Of a DNA stretch of 64,000 bases, positions 27,161-36,358 are shown piece after piece. The notes beneath the pieces were generated by a model. It did not search any database, was not told the origin of the DNA, and was given only the letters and a program-made list of their open reading frames with translations. The position numbers were made by a program, and so were the translations under genes. Position 1 is the stretch's first letter. Every line of letters begins with the position of its first letter. The stretch comes from Gemmatimonadota bacterium (lineage in GTDB: Bacteria > Gemmatimonadota > Gemmatimonadetes > Longimicrobiales > RSA9), in contig JBBDRO010000032.1 of the NCBI GenBank assembly GCA_040905425.1, positions 63,726-127,725 on the forward strand. Reading direction: 5' to 3'.

Positions 27161-27547
27161 ATGACCGAAAACGCTGCCAAGACGGTTCTCCTGGTCGAGG
27201 ACAACGAGGACAACCTCGTGGTCTACCGCACCATACTGGAGCATGTGGGCTATCGAGTGATCGAGGCGCGCGACGGGGAGGAGGGCGTGGCGGCGGCTCG
27301 GGAACACCACCCGGACCTCATCCTGATGGACATCTCCATCCCGAAGATCGATGGCTGGGAGGCCACGAAGCGCCTCAAGGCGGACGATGCGACCCGCGCC
27401 ATTCCGATCATTGCCCTGACTGCCCACGCGCTGGAGGAGGATCGCCAGAAGGCAACGGATGCCGGCTGTGACGGCTACCTGGCCAAGCCGGTGGAGCCGC
27501 GCCGCGTGGTTCAGGAGGTGGAGCAGTTCGTGGGCGCGCCAGGCTAG
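27161..27547 (+). CDS. Single-domain response regulator (DivK-like)
   Basis: VLLVEDN, PDLILMD, IPIIALTAHA, GCDGYLAKP. Confidence 0.93.
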   Translation: MTENAAKTVLLVEDNEDNLVVYRTILEHVGYRVIEARDGEEGVAAAREHHPDLILMDISIPKIDGWEATKRLKADDATRAIPIIALTAHALEEDRQKATDAGCDGYLAKPVEPRRVVQEVEQFVGAPG

Positions 27548-27577
27548 AGGGCGTGGCGGTCTGAGACGGGACGCGGC

Positions 27578-29539
27578 TCAGAGCAGCACGCGGGCCAGGT
27601 ACGCGCCGCCGTATGCCAGCACGAGCATGTAGGTCCACTGCAGTGCCGGCCACTTCCAGCCCCCCGTTTCCCTGTGCATCACCGCGATGGTGGAGGTGCA
27701 TTGCAGGGCGAAGGCAAAGAAGATCATGAGCCCCACCGCCGCGTCGAAGTCCAGGTCCCGCTTCAGGGTGTCCTGGATCTCCAGCGATTCCTCCGAGGCG
27801 TCCTCCACCCCGTAGATCGTCCCCAACGTGCCCACGATCACCTCGCGCGCCGCCAGCGAGGAGACCAGCCCCACGCCGATGCGCCAGTCGAAGCCCAGCG
27901 GCGCGATGGCCGGCTCGATCACCTTGCCCATGGTGCCGAGCGCGCTCTCCCCGATGGGCGGCGGCGCGCCGTCCACCCGGGGGAACTGGGCCAGCGCCCA
28001 CAGGATGATGGTCACGGCCAGGATGATCCGCCCCACGCGCTTCACGAAGATGCCGCTCCGGTCCCACAGGCGCAGCGCGAGGGAGCGCAGCGTGGGCAGC
28101 CGGTAGGGCGGCAGCTCCATGACAAAGGTGGAGCGGCCGCCACGCAGCAGGGTGCGCTTGAGCGCGAACGCCGTCAGCACCGCCGCCAGCGCCCCCAGCG
28201 CGTAGAGGCCGAGCAGCGTGGCGGCGCGTGTGCCCAGGAACGGTCCCAGCAGCGCTCGCTCGGGGATGAACGCCGCGATGAGGAGCGCGTAGACGGGCAG
28301 GCGCGCCGAGCACGTCATGAACGGCGCCACGAAGATGGTGGCCAGCCGGTCCCGCTCGTCCTCCACGGTGCGGGCCGCCAGGATGGCCGGAACGGCGCAC
28401 GCGAAGGCGGACAGCAGCGGCAGGAAGGCACGCCCCTGGAGTCCCACCCGGTACATGGAGCGATCGGCGATGACGGCGGCCCGCGCCATGTAGCCCGAGT
28501 CCTCCAGCACGCCGATGAAGAGGAAGAGAATCAGGATCTGGGGCAGGAAGACCAGCACCGCCCCCACTCCCATCCAGACGCCGTCGATGAGCAGCGAGCG
28601 GAACCAGCTGGCCGGCAGGGCGCCGGCAATCCACTCGCCTGACGTGGTGACCATGAGTTCGACCAGGTCCATGGCCGGCGTGGCCCACGTGAAGATGGCC
28701 TGGAAGACGAGCGCCACTACCATCAGGAAGACCAGCGGTCCCCCGACGCGGTGCAGGAAGACGGCATCCAGGCGCTCGGACCAGCGGTGCGGCAGCGGGG
28801 CGCGGAAGCTCGCGCGTTGGGCCGTCACCCGTACGCGGCCGCGGCGGTTCACGAAAACGTCCACTACCGGCAGGTCCACGCGGCGCGCGGGCTGGCTGTC
28901 GGGACCTGGCCGGCCGGGATGGGAAGGTGGCTCGGGCGGGGCGGGGCGGGGCGCTCCGGCGGCCCCGCGTGCGGCGTCCGCCAGGAAGGCGCGCACCCGC
29001 TCCACACCGACCCCCAGCCGCGCGTTGACCCGCACCACCCGGACGCCCAGTTCCGCCGCCAGCGCGGCGTCATCCACCGAGCCGCCGCCTGCTTCCAGCT
29101 CGTCGGCCATGGTGAGCACCAGGAGCGTGGGCACGTCCATGGCCAGCACCGGCTCCACGAGCATGAGCTGCGGCTCGAGGCGGGTAGAGTCCACCGTGAG
29201 CACCAGCGCGTCGGGCTTCTTCAGCCCTGCGGCCTTGCCCTGCAGCACGTCGCGGGTGACCCGTTCGTCCTGCGTGCGGGCGGAGAAGCCGTTGATGCCC
29301 GGGAGGTCCACCAGCAGCGCCTGGCCACCGCCCGGCAGGCGCGCCCAGCCCAGGTGCTTCTCCACCGTCACGCCCGGGTAGTTGGCTACCTTCTGGCGCA
29401 GGCCGGTGAGCTGATTGAAGAGGGTGGTCTTGCCGGAGTTCGGAGGTCCGACGAGTGCCACGAGGGGGGCGGTGGCGCTCGGCTCGGGCGGTGTGGCGCC
29501 GGTGCGCCGGTGATCGCGCGGCGGTGATGCGGTGGGCAC
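27578..29539 (-). CDS. feoB: Ferrous iron transporter B
   Basis: GPPNSGKT, VANYPGVTVE, DLPG, LEDSGYMAR, FACAVP, FMTCSARLPVY, FVMELPPY. Confidence 0.95.
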   Translation of the reverse strand: MPTASPPRDHRRTGATPPEPSATAPLVALVGPPNSGKTTLFNQLTGLRQKVANYPGVTVEKHLGWARLPGGGQALLVDLPGINGFSARTQDERVTRDVLQGKAAGLKKPDALVLTVDSTRLEPQLMLVEPVLAMDVPTLLVLTMADELEAGGGSVDDAALAAELGVRVVRVNARLGVGVERVRAFLADAARGAAGAPRPAPPEPPSHPGRPGPDSQPARRVDLPVVDVFVNRRGRVRVTAQRASFRAPLPHRWSERLDAVFLHRVGGPLVFLMVVALVFQAIFTWATPAMDLVELMVTTSGEWIAGALPASWFRSLLIDGVWMGVGAVLVFLPQILILFLFIGVLEDSGYMARAAVIADRSMYRVGLQGRAFLPLLSAFACAVPAILAARTVEDERDRLATIFVAPFMTCSARLPVYALLIAAFIPERALLGPFLGTRAATLLGLYALGALAAVLTAFALKRTLLRGGRSTFVMELPPYRLPTLRSLALRLWDRSGIFVKRVGRIILAVTIILWALAQFPRVDGAPPPIGESALGTMGKVIEPAIAPLGFDWRIGVGLVSSLAAREVIVGTLGTIYGVEDASEESLEIQDTLKRDLDFDAAVGLMIFFAFALQCTSTIAVMHRETGGWKWPALQWTYMLVLAYGGAYLARVLL

Positions 29540-29560
29540 GGCGCTTTCAGGGACGCGGCA

Positions 29561-30025
29561 CTACGCCGCGTCGGGCTCGGTGTGCTTGACGCAGAGACAG
29601 CCCGCCATCTCGCGGCGCACCGCGACCAGCAGTCCGTCGACCAGCAGGATGGGATCACCGGAGGGCGAACGGCGCACAGGACAGAGCCGGCAACCGGGCA
29701 GGATGCCGCGCTCGAGGAGCGGCTCCAGTTCGTGATCCGGCAGATCGATGCGCACCAACTCCACGTCCTGGCGCAGCGGAATGTCCGCCAGCCGGAGCTC
29801 CACCGCCTTGCGTATGGGGCAGCTACACGTCCCGTGGCACAGGGGGCAGCCGGCGCCGGCCCTGTCGGGGGCCGCATCGCCGCCCGTGTCGCGGACCGCA
29901 TCCGGAGGCGTGGACGCACGCGGGGGCGCGGTTGTGTGCGCGGCCGCGGCTGTGCGCGCGGCCGTGGATGCGCGCGCCGCCTTCCTCTGCTGCACGAACC
30001 TGCGGATCACGGGCTGCTCCCTCAC
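29561..30025 (-). CDS. feoA: FeoA domain protein with Cys-rich N-terminal extension
   Basis: LLERGILPG, RRSPSGDP, VAVRREMA; upstream CPLCHGTCSCP; start uncertain. Confidence 0.85.
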   Translation of the reverse strand: MREQPVIRRFVQQRKAARASTAARTAAAAHTTAPPRASTPPDAVRDTGGDAAPDRAGAGCPLCHGTCSCPIRKAVELRLADIPLRQDVELVRIDLPDHELEPLLERGILPGCRLCPVRRSPSGDPILLVDGLLVAVRREMAGCLCVKHTEPDAA

Positions 30026-30029
30026 TTGA

Positions 30030-30078
30030 TGAGAATGAGTCTCAATCGAAGCTTAACGGGGCCGGCCCGAGTACGCAA
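30030..30078 (-). promoter_or_regulatory. feoAB promoter with Fur-type 7-1-7 operator
   Basis: TGAGAAT-G-AGTCTCA inverted repeat (30030-30044); minus strand TTGCGT-17 nt-TAAGCT. Confidence 0.7.
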
Positions 30079-30094
30079 CGGGGGAGGAGTGCCT

Positions 30095-30140
30095 CGCGGG
30101 CCGGGCTGGCTACCAGGCGCGGGCCGGGCTGGCTACCAGG
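30095..30140. repeat. Perfect 23-bp tandem duplication
   Basis: CGCGGGCCGGGCTGGCTACCAGG x2, containing the stop codon of the 30133 gene. Confidence 0.85.
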
Positions 30141-30849
30141 CGATCCAGCGGTCGATGGCACGCAGCGCCGCCAGTGCCCCTGCCTCCTCGATCGAGCGGA
30201 CGGGTTCCACCGCCACCAAGCCCGACAGGGTGGCCACGCGGCGGCCGGCCGCCGCCTCCACGGAGAGCGCCACGTGCCGCCTGCCGAAGAGTTCCACCGT
30301 GGTGGCCCCCTCGAGCCCGAAGGCCATGCCCTCCACGGCGGCGCTGGCCGCGTCGAGGGCCGCGCGCGCGCCGGCCCGCGCGCGCCCCGGCTCGGAGTCC
30401 AGTTCCTCACCGCTGCCCTCGAAAAGCGCCTCGCCGCGCCGCAGACGGACCGTGCAGGTGACGCGTGGACCGGAGCGGACTACGGACAGATCCGAGAGGA
30501 CCAGGTAGCGGCTACGCACAGCGGCCGGCCTGCCGTTCGAGCCGGGTGGCTCGGGGCGCGGGGGCCTGGCGGATGCGGATCGCGTCGCCTCCGCCGATGC
30601 GGAGACCACACGGATGGCTTCGGGCGCGAAGTCGTAGCCGCCGTGTCTCAGGACGTGGCCCGCGGCGTTGGTCAGGATGGCGTGCGCCGCCCCCGCGGCG
30701 GCGCGGATGCGGAGTTCCGTGACCTCCCGCGCCCCACCCAGGACAACGGTGGCGTCCCGCACGCCGGGCAGCGCCTCCACCTCGCGCGCCAGACGGTGGG
30801 CGGCCGCGTGGCGATCCTCCTCCGGCGGAGCGGGGGTGTCACGGCTCAT
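30133..30849 (-). CDS. Hypothetical protein, paralog of 30846..31520
   Basis: ATGA overlap with upstream gene; CTVRLRRGE..FEGSG, GLEGA, LSG...EEA.ALAAL.A.DRW. Confidence 0.8.
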   Translation of the reverse strand: MSRDTPAPPEEDRHAAAHRLAREVEALPGVRDATVVLGGAREVTELRIRAAAGAAHAILTNAAGHVLRHGGYDFAPEAIRVVSASAEATRSASARPPRPEPPGSNGRPAAVRSRYLVLSDLSVVRSGPRVTCTVRLRRGEALFEGSGEELDSEPGRARAGARAALDAASAAVEGMAFGLEGATTVELFGRRHVALSVEAAAGRRVATLSGLVAVEPVRSIEEAGALAALRAIDRWIAW

Positions 30850-31520
30850 GCGTCCGTGCCCGTCCAGCGATTGCACGCCTGCAGGGCGGCCAGGATGGCC
30901 GCCTCCTCCGGGGAGCGGGAAAGTTCGGCCACCCCCGTGAGGGTGGCGCTGTCGCGGCCCTCAAGCGCCAGGGCGGACACCATCACCCAGGTGCGGCCAC
31001 CCGCCTCCACCAGCGCCGCTCCCTCCAGGCCCACGTCGTCATTGTCACGCGCGGCGGCCAGCGCGGCGAACACCGCCCGCGCCGCGGCCTGCGCACGGCC
31101 GCTCGGCGTGCCGGGGCCGGCGCCGGAGCCACCGAAGCGGGTCTCGCCGCGCCGCAGCGTCACCTGGCACGTGCAGTCGGCGTTGGGCTGGCTGCGCGCG
31201 TCGTAGGTCTCGAAGACCAGCCGTTCGCGGACGCGCGGCGTGTGCTCGGCGGGCTCCTCCGGACCGGGCAGGCGGCCCAGGCGGCTCTGCGCCACGCTGA
31301 TGATGCGGCGGTCCACCGTTTCGTCGAGTCCGGCGCTCAGGGCGGACTCGATGTTCCGCACCACCTGCTTTGGATGGAGGTGCGCCGCGGCCAGCACGTG
31401 GATCTCCCGCAGCTGTTGCAGCCCGTCGACCAGCACGCGCACCGAAAGGACGCCGTGCAGCGCTCGAATGAGGCGCTCGGCTTCGGGGTACGGCCGAAGT
31501 GGTGAGGTGTCGATCTGCAT
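30846..31520 (-). CDS. Hypothetical protein
   Basis: GGGAGA RBS; EIHVLA...PKQVVRNIESAL...DRRIISVAQ N-domain plus a C-domain shared with the downstream paralog. Confidence 0.8.
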   Translation of the reverse strand: MQIDTSPLRPYPEAERLIRALHGVLSVRVLVDGLQQLREIHVLAAAHLHPKQVVRNIESALSAGLDETVDRRIISVAQSRLGRLPGPEEPAEHTPRVRERLVFETYDARSQPNADCTCQVTLRRGETRFGGSGAGPGTPSGRAQAAARAVFAALAAARDNDDVGLEGAALVEAGGRTWVMVSALALEGRDSATLTGVAELSRSPEEAAILAALQACNRWTGTDA

Positions 31521-31656
31521 AGGTCTCCCGGATGGGATCCAAGGTAGCACGGCCGTGGCTGGCGCGCACCGGGGATCCATCTAACTTTGCTCCGGGTCAG
31601 GGCGCCGGCCAGAGCGGTCGGGTGCTCCCGGTATGAAGGTGCTGTGCGGAGGCAAC

Positions 31657-32691
31657 ATGGCGGAGACGAAGCGAGAGACGCTGGTGATCATCGGATCGGG
31701 ACCGGCGGCCTGGACGGCGGCCATTTACGGTGCCCGCGCGAGCCTGAATCCGGTGGTCTACGAGGGCGAGCCGAGCCGGGAGATGATCCCGGGCGGCCAG
31801 CTCATGTACACCACGGAGGTGGAGAACTACCCCGGCTTTCCGGATGGCGTCACCGGCGCAGAGATGATGGACGCGTTCAAGCGGCAGGCGGTGCGCTTCG
31901 AAACCCGGGTGGTGTCGGAGAACATCACGGCCGTGGACTTCTCCCGGCACCCCTTCGTGCTGACACCCAGCTACGGCGAGCCGTTCGAGGCGCTCACCGT
32001 GGTGGTGGCCACGGGCGCCCGGGCGCGCTGGCTGGGCGTGCCCAACGAGGAGCGCCTGGCGCAGAGTGGGGGCGGCGTGTCGGCGTGCGCCGTGTGCGAC
32101 GGCGCGTTGCCGGCCTTCCGCGACAAGGTTCTGGCGGTCGTCGGCGGCGGGGACAGCGCCATGGAGGAGTCCCTCTACCTCACCAAGTTCGCCAGCGAGG
32201 TGGTGCTCATCCACCGGCGCGAGGAGTTCCGCGCTTCCCAGATCATGGCGGACCGCGTGCTCAACCACCCCAAGATCAGGGTGCTGTGGAATACCGTGGT
32301 CACGGAGGTGGTGGGCTACGACTATGTGGAGGGGATCAAGGTGGAAAACGTGGTCACGGAGGAGAAGGACGAACTTCCCGTCGGGGGCTTCTTCGTGGCC
32401 ATCGGCCACCAGCCCAATACGGCGTTCCTGGGCCATGCGCTGGCGCTCACCGAGCACGGCTACGTACAGACGCCGCACGCGTGGCGCACCTGCACGAGCG
32501 TGGACGGGGTCTTCGCCGCCGGTGACGCGATGGACGACTACTATCGCCAGGCGGTGACGGCGGCGGGAACGGGCTGCATGGCGGCGCTGGAGGCGGAGCG
32601 CTGGCTCGCGCACCACGGGCTCGGCGAGTCGTCCGTGCTGGAAACGGCCGAGGCACCGGTGGACGAGCAGGCTACGCGGCCGCAGGGGTAG
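31657..32691 (+). CDS. trxB: Thioredoxin reductase
   Basis: GSGPA, GGQLMYTTEVENYPGF, VSACAVCDG, GGGDSAMEE, YRQAVTAAGTGC. Confidence 0.96.
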   Translation: MAETKRETLVIIGSGPAAWTAAIYGARASLNPVVYEGEPSREMIPGGQLMYTTEVENYPGFPDGVTGAEMMDAFKRQAVRFETRVVSENITAVDFSRHPFVLTPSYGEPFEALTVVVATGARARWLGVPNEERLAQSGGGVSACAVCDGALPAFRDKVLAVVGGGDSAMEESLYLTKFASEVVLIHRREEFRASQIMADRVLNHPKIRVLWNTVVTEVVGYDYVEGIKVENVVTEEKDELPVGGFFVAIGHQPNTAFLGHALALTEHGYVQTPHAWRTCTSVDGVFAAGDAMDDYYRQAVTAAGTGCMAALEAERWLAHHGLGESSVLETAEAPVDEQATRPQG

Positions 32692-32722
32692 CCGCGCGCC
32701 GGACGTGGACGGGCGTCGTCGC

Positions 32723-34780
32723 TTAAAAGATCCGGCGCAGGCCTTGTACGATGCGGTTGAAGAGCCCGTCGGACCCGTGCAGCGGGCAGTATTCGGTGGG
32801 CTCGGTGCCGGGCAGGAAGTACTCCACGCGCAGATCCTGCGGCGGGCAGGCGTCCGTGGCCAGGCCACCCGTGACCGCGTCGATGGGAGCGCTCACGAGC
32901 CCCGCCGGTGGCTGCCAGGGCCCTGGTGCCGGACGCTCGGCATAGGCGGCTTTCATGATCTCGGTCCAGACCGGCGCGGCCAGGGTGCCGCCGTAGGCGG
33001 TGGGCAGGATGGTCTTCGGCGTGTCGAAACCGAGCCACACCGCACCGGCCAGCTCCGGAGTCATGCCCACGAACCAGACGTCCCGGGCATCATTGGTGGT
33101 GCCCGTCTTGCCGGCGGCCGGGAGCCAGAAGCCCTCTTTGCGTACCACGGTGGCCGTGCCGCGGTCGACCACGTCCTCCATCAGGCTCACCGTGAGAAAC
33201 GCCACGCCGGCATCCACCGCGGCGGCCTCGGCCGCGGGTGCCTGCCAGAGGATGCGGCCCCGGTTGTCTTCCACGCGCGTGATGAGGGTGGGCCGTACCC
33301 GGTTGCCGCCATTGCCCAGGGTGGCGTACGCCGCCACCAGTTCGGCGGCGCTCACCTCCGCGGAGCCCAGGAAGATGGACGGGTAATCGGGGATGGGCGT
33401 GGTGATGCCCAGGGCGCGTGCCATGCGGATGACACGGTCCGTGCCCGCCCACTGACCCACCCGCACGGCGCCATTGTTGGAGGAGAGCGCCAGGGCGCTG
33501 CGCACCGTGAGCGATTTCACCGTGTCGGGGGCCAGGTCCTCGGGCCGCCAGGTGCCCTGCGTGCCCACCACGCTGACCGGACCCGTCTCGATGCGGGCGC
33601 TGGCCGGCAGGCCCGCCTCCAGCGCCGCCGCGTAGACGATCGGCTTGAAGGCGGAGCCCGGCTGGCGGCGCGCCTGCAGCGCGCGATCGTAGGAGGAGTG
33701 CGTGAAATCGCGCCCGCCCACCAGGGCACGCACCGCACCGGTGCGCGTGTCCACGATGATCGCCGTGCCCTGCAGGTAGGGCGAGCCGCTGCCCTCGGCG
33801 GGCGCCAGGGCGCCCTCGGGGCGGGCATGCGGATAGCTGCCGAAGCCACCGTTCTCCACGCGCTCGATCTGGGCCACGAGTGCGGCGTGCGCGGCACGCT
33901 GGATGAGTGGGTCGATCCCGGTGAAGACCCGGAGGCCCTGGACGTCGGCGTCCGTACCGAAACGCTCGCGCAACTCCTCGCGCACGGCGGCGACCACGTA
34001 GGGTGCGGAGCCGCCCGCCTCCCGCGGCGGCGCCAGGTCGAGCGGCGCCTCCGCGGCCGTACGGCGCTCCTCCTCGGTGATGAGGCCTTCGCGCGTCATG
34101 ACGCTCAGCACCACGTTGCGCCGCTGAATGGCGCGCATGGGGTGCTTGCGGGGATTGTAGCCCTCGGGGCTCTTCACCAGGCCCACGAGCAGCGCTGACT
34201 GGGGGAGCGTGAGCTGGCGCGCGCTGCGTCGGAAATAACCCTGCGCCGCTTCCTCCACGCCATAGAGGCCATCCCCCATGTAGACCTGGTTGATATAGCG
34301 CTCCAGGATCTGGCGCTTGCTGAACCGCCGCTCGATGGCGCCGGCCAGCTGGACCTCACACATCTTCCGGCGCAGCTTCTTGGCGCGGGGCAGTTCCTCC
34401 GGGAAGACGTTGCGGGCAAGCTGCATGGTGATGGTGCTGAAGCCTTCCGCAAAGGAAAGGCTCTTCAGGTTGGCCACCACGGCGCGTGGCACGGCGCGGT
34501 AGTCCACGCCGCCGTGCTGGAAGAAGCGGCGGTCTTCCACGGCCACGAAGCCGCCCGAGACCGCGCGCGGCACCTCGTCCAGCTCCACCACGATGCGGCG
34601 GTAGGGCGAGAGGTCGGCCAGGCGCGAGCCGTCCAGGGCCAGGATGCGCGTGGCCTCCGGCGGGCGATACGTGGCAAAGCGGGAGACGGGAGGACAGTCG
34701 CGGGTCCCGACCTCCCCGCCGCCACAGGCGGAGAGGGTCAGGGCCAGCAGCCCGGCCGTCATCGGCGTCCTGATTCTCAT
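32723..34780 (-). CDS. Class A penicillin-binding protein (PBP1A family)
   Basis: EDRRFFQHGGVD, GFSTITMQLARN, RQPGSAFKP (SxxK), SSN (SxN), GKTGTT. Confidence 0.95.
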   Translation of the reverse strand: MRIRTPMTAGLLALTLSACGGGEVGTRDCPPVSRFATYRPPEATRILALDGSRLADLSPYRRIVVELDEVPRAVSGGFVAVEDRRFFQHGGVDYRAVPRAVVANLKSLSFAEGFSTITMQLARNVFPEELPRAKKLRRKMCEVQLAGAIERRFSKRQILERYINQVYMGDGLYGVEEAAQGYFRRSARQLTLPQSALLVGLVKSPEGYNPRKHPMRAIQRRNVVLSVMTREGLITEEERRTAAEAPLDLAPPREAGGSAPYVVAAVREELRERFGTDADVQGLRVFTGIDPLIQRAAHAALVAQIERVENGGFGSYPHARPEGALAPAEGSGSPYLQGTAIIVDTRTGAVRALVGGRDFTHSSYDRALQARRQPGSAFKPIVYAAALEAGLPASARIETGPVSVVGTQGTWRPEDLAPDTVKSLTVRSALALSSNNGAVRVGQWAGTDRVIRMARALGITTPIPDYPSIFLGSAEVSAAELVAAYATLGNGGNRVRPTLITRVEDNRGRILWQAPAAEAAAVDAGVAFLTVSLMEDVVDRGTATVVRKEGFWLPAAGKTGTTNDARDVWFVGMTPELAGAVWLGFDTPKTILPTAYGGTLAAPVWTEIMKAAYAERPAPGPWQPPAGLVSAPIDAVTGGLATDACPPQDLRVEYFLPGTEPTEYCPLHGSDGLFNRIVQGLRRIF

Positions 34781-34796
34781 ACGCGGTGGTACACCG

Positions 34797-35525
34797 TTAG
34801 AGCAGCATCCTTCCACCGTCCAGCACGAGCGTCTGACCGGTGGTGAAATCGCCCCGCAGAAGGTAGAGCAGCGCGTCCGCCGCATCCTGGGGCCGTCCTG
34901 CGCGCGCGGTTACCCGGCGTTCCCGGCCACCGGCGTTGTCCGTGCCGTCCCAGTCGGGGGGCGGCAGTACCGTACCCGGCGCGATGGCGTTGACCCGGAT
35001 GGTGGGGGCCAGCGCTCGCGCCAGCACCTTCGTGAGATGCACGAGGCCGGCCTTGGCCACGGCGTGATGCGCGAAGGCCGGCCACGCCTGAAAAGCGGAC
35101 AGGTCCACGATGTTGACGATGGCGCCACCCCCCTCCCGGAGATAGGGCACGGCGGCCTGGCTGAGCAGGAAGGGAGCGCGCAGGTTCAGCCCCATCACCC
35201 GGTCCCAGTCGGCGGCGCTGATCTCCTCCACCGGCGCCGACTCGAAGAGGCTGGCGCTGTTCACCAGCACGTCCAGGCCGCCGAGTGCCGCGGTGGCTTC
35301 CTCGATGAGGGGGTCGCAGGCCCCGGCCTGGCTCAGGTCCGCCTGGATGGGGATGGCGCGGATGCCCAGTTCGTTGGCGTCGGCGGCGGTCGATTGAGCG
35401 GCGTCGTGCGACGCGTTGTAATGTACCGCCACGTCCATCCCCGCCTCGGCCAGCGCCAGGACGAACGCGCGGCCCAGGCGGTGGGCGCCGCCGGTGACGA
35501 GCGCCGCGCGACCTGCCAACTCCAT
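34797..35525 (-). CDS. SDR, pteridine reductase-like (FolM/PTR1 type)
   Basis: TGGAHRLG, VAVHYNAS, LVNSAS, NIVD, RVNAIAPG; catalytic Tyr position reads H (HAVAK). Confidence 0.75.
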   Translation of the reverse strand: MELAGRAALVTGGAHRLGRAFVLALAEAGMDVAVHYNASHDAAQSTAADANELGIRAIPIQADLSQAGACDPLIEEATAALGGLDVLVNSASLFESAPVEEISAADWDRVMGLNLRAPFLLSQAAVPYLREGGGAIVNIVDLSAFQAWPAFAHHAVAKAGLVHLTKVLARALAPTIRVNAIAPGTVLPPPDWDGTDNAGGRERRVTARAGRPQDAADALLYLLRGDFTTGQTLVLDGGRMLL

Positions 35526-35614
35526 CGATGCCTCGCTGGTGAACGGGGAGAACGAGCCGGTGGAACACTAGTAGCGGTATGGCGGCGCAGCAATCACATA
35601 ACCGGAGGAGGAGC

Positions 35615-36343
35615 ATGAAGGACATACGAGGCAAGGCCGCCATCGTCACCGGAGGCACCCGGGGCATCGGGCGCGCCATCGCGCTTGATCTGCTGCGCGC
35701 GGGGCTGGACGTTGTGGTGGCCGCCCGCACGATCGCGCACGTGGAGGAGGTGCCCGCCCGCCTGATGGAGGAAGCGGGGCAGGGCGGGGGTCGGGCGCTG
35801 GGTGTGCGCGCGGACGTCTCCAGCAGGGCGGATTGCGAGCGCTTGGTGGCGGAGGCGGTGGACGCCTTCGGCCGGCTCGACGTGCTGGTCAACAACGCCG
35901 GCATCGGCCGCTTTGCCCCTGTGGCCGAGATGGATCCCGCCGACTGGGACGCGGTGCAGGGCACGAACGTGGACTCGCTCTTCTACATGACGCACGCGGC
36001 GCTGCCCCATCTGCAGCAGGCGGGCGGTTCGTGGATCATCAACATCGGCTCACTGGCCGGCAAGAACGCCTTTCCCGGGGGCGCGGCCTACAATGCCAGC
36101 AAGTTCGCGCTCATCGGCTTCAGTGAGGCGCTGATGCAGGAGGTGCGGCATGACGGCGTGCGCGTCAGCTACATCATGCCCGGCAGCGTGGCCACGGATT
36201 TTGCCCATCCGGAAGCGGGGGCGGATGACTGGAAGATCCAGCCGGAGGACGTGGCCGCGCTGGTCATGGACCTCCTGGCCATGCCGCAGCGTACGCTGCC
36301 CAGCCGCATCGAGGTGCGGCCGTCGGCGCCGCCGAAGAAGTAG
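35615..36343 (+). CDS. Short-chain dehydrogenase/reductase
   Basis: TGGTRGIG, NNAG, YNASK; strong RBS. Confidence 0.92.
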   Translation: MKDIRGKAAIVTGGTRGIGRAIALDLLRAGLDVVVAARTIAHVEEVPARLMEEAGQGGGRALGVRADVSSRADCERLVAEAVDAFGRLDVLVNNAGIGRFAPVAEMDPADWDAVQGTNVDSLFYMTHAALPHLQQAGGSWIINIGSLAGKNAFPGGAAYNASKFALIGFSEALMQEVRHDGVRVSYIMPGSVATDFAHPEAGADDWKIQPEDVAALVMDLLAMPQRTLPSRIEVRPSAPPKK

Positions 36344-36358
36344 GAGGCGGAGGCACCC

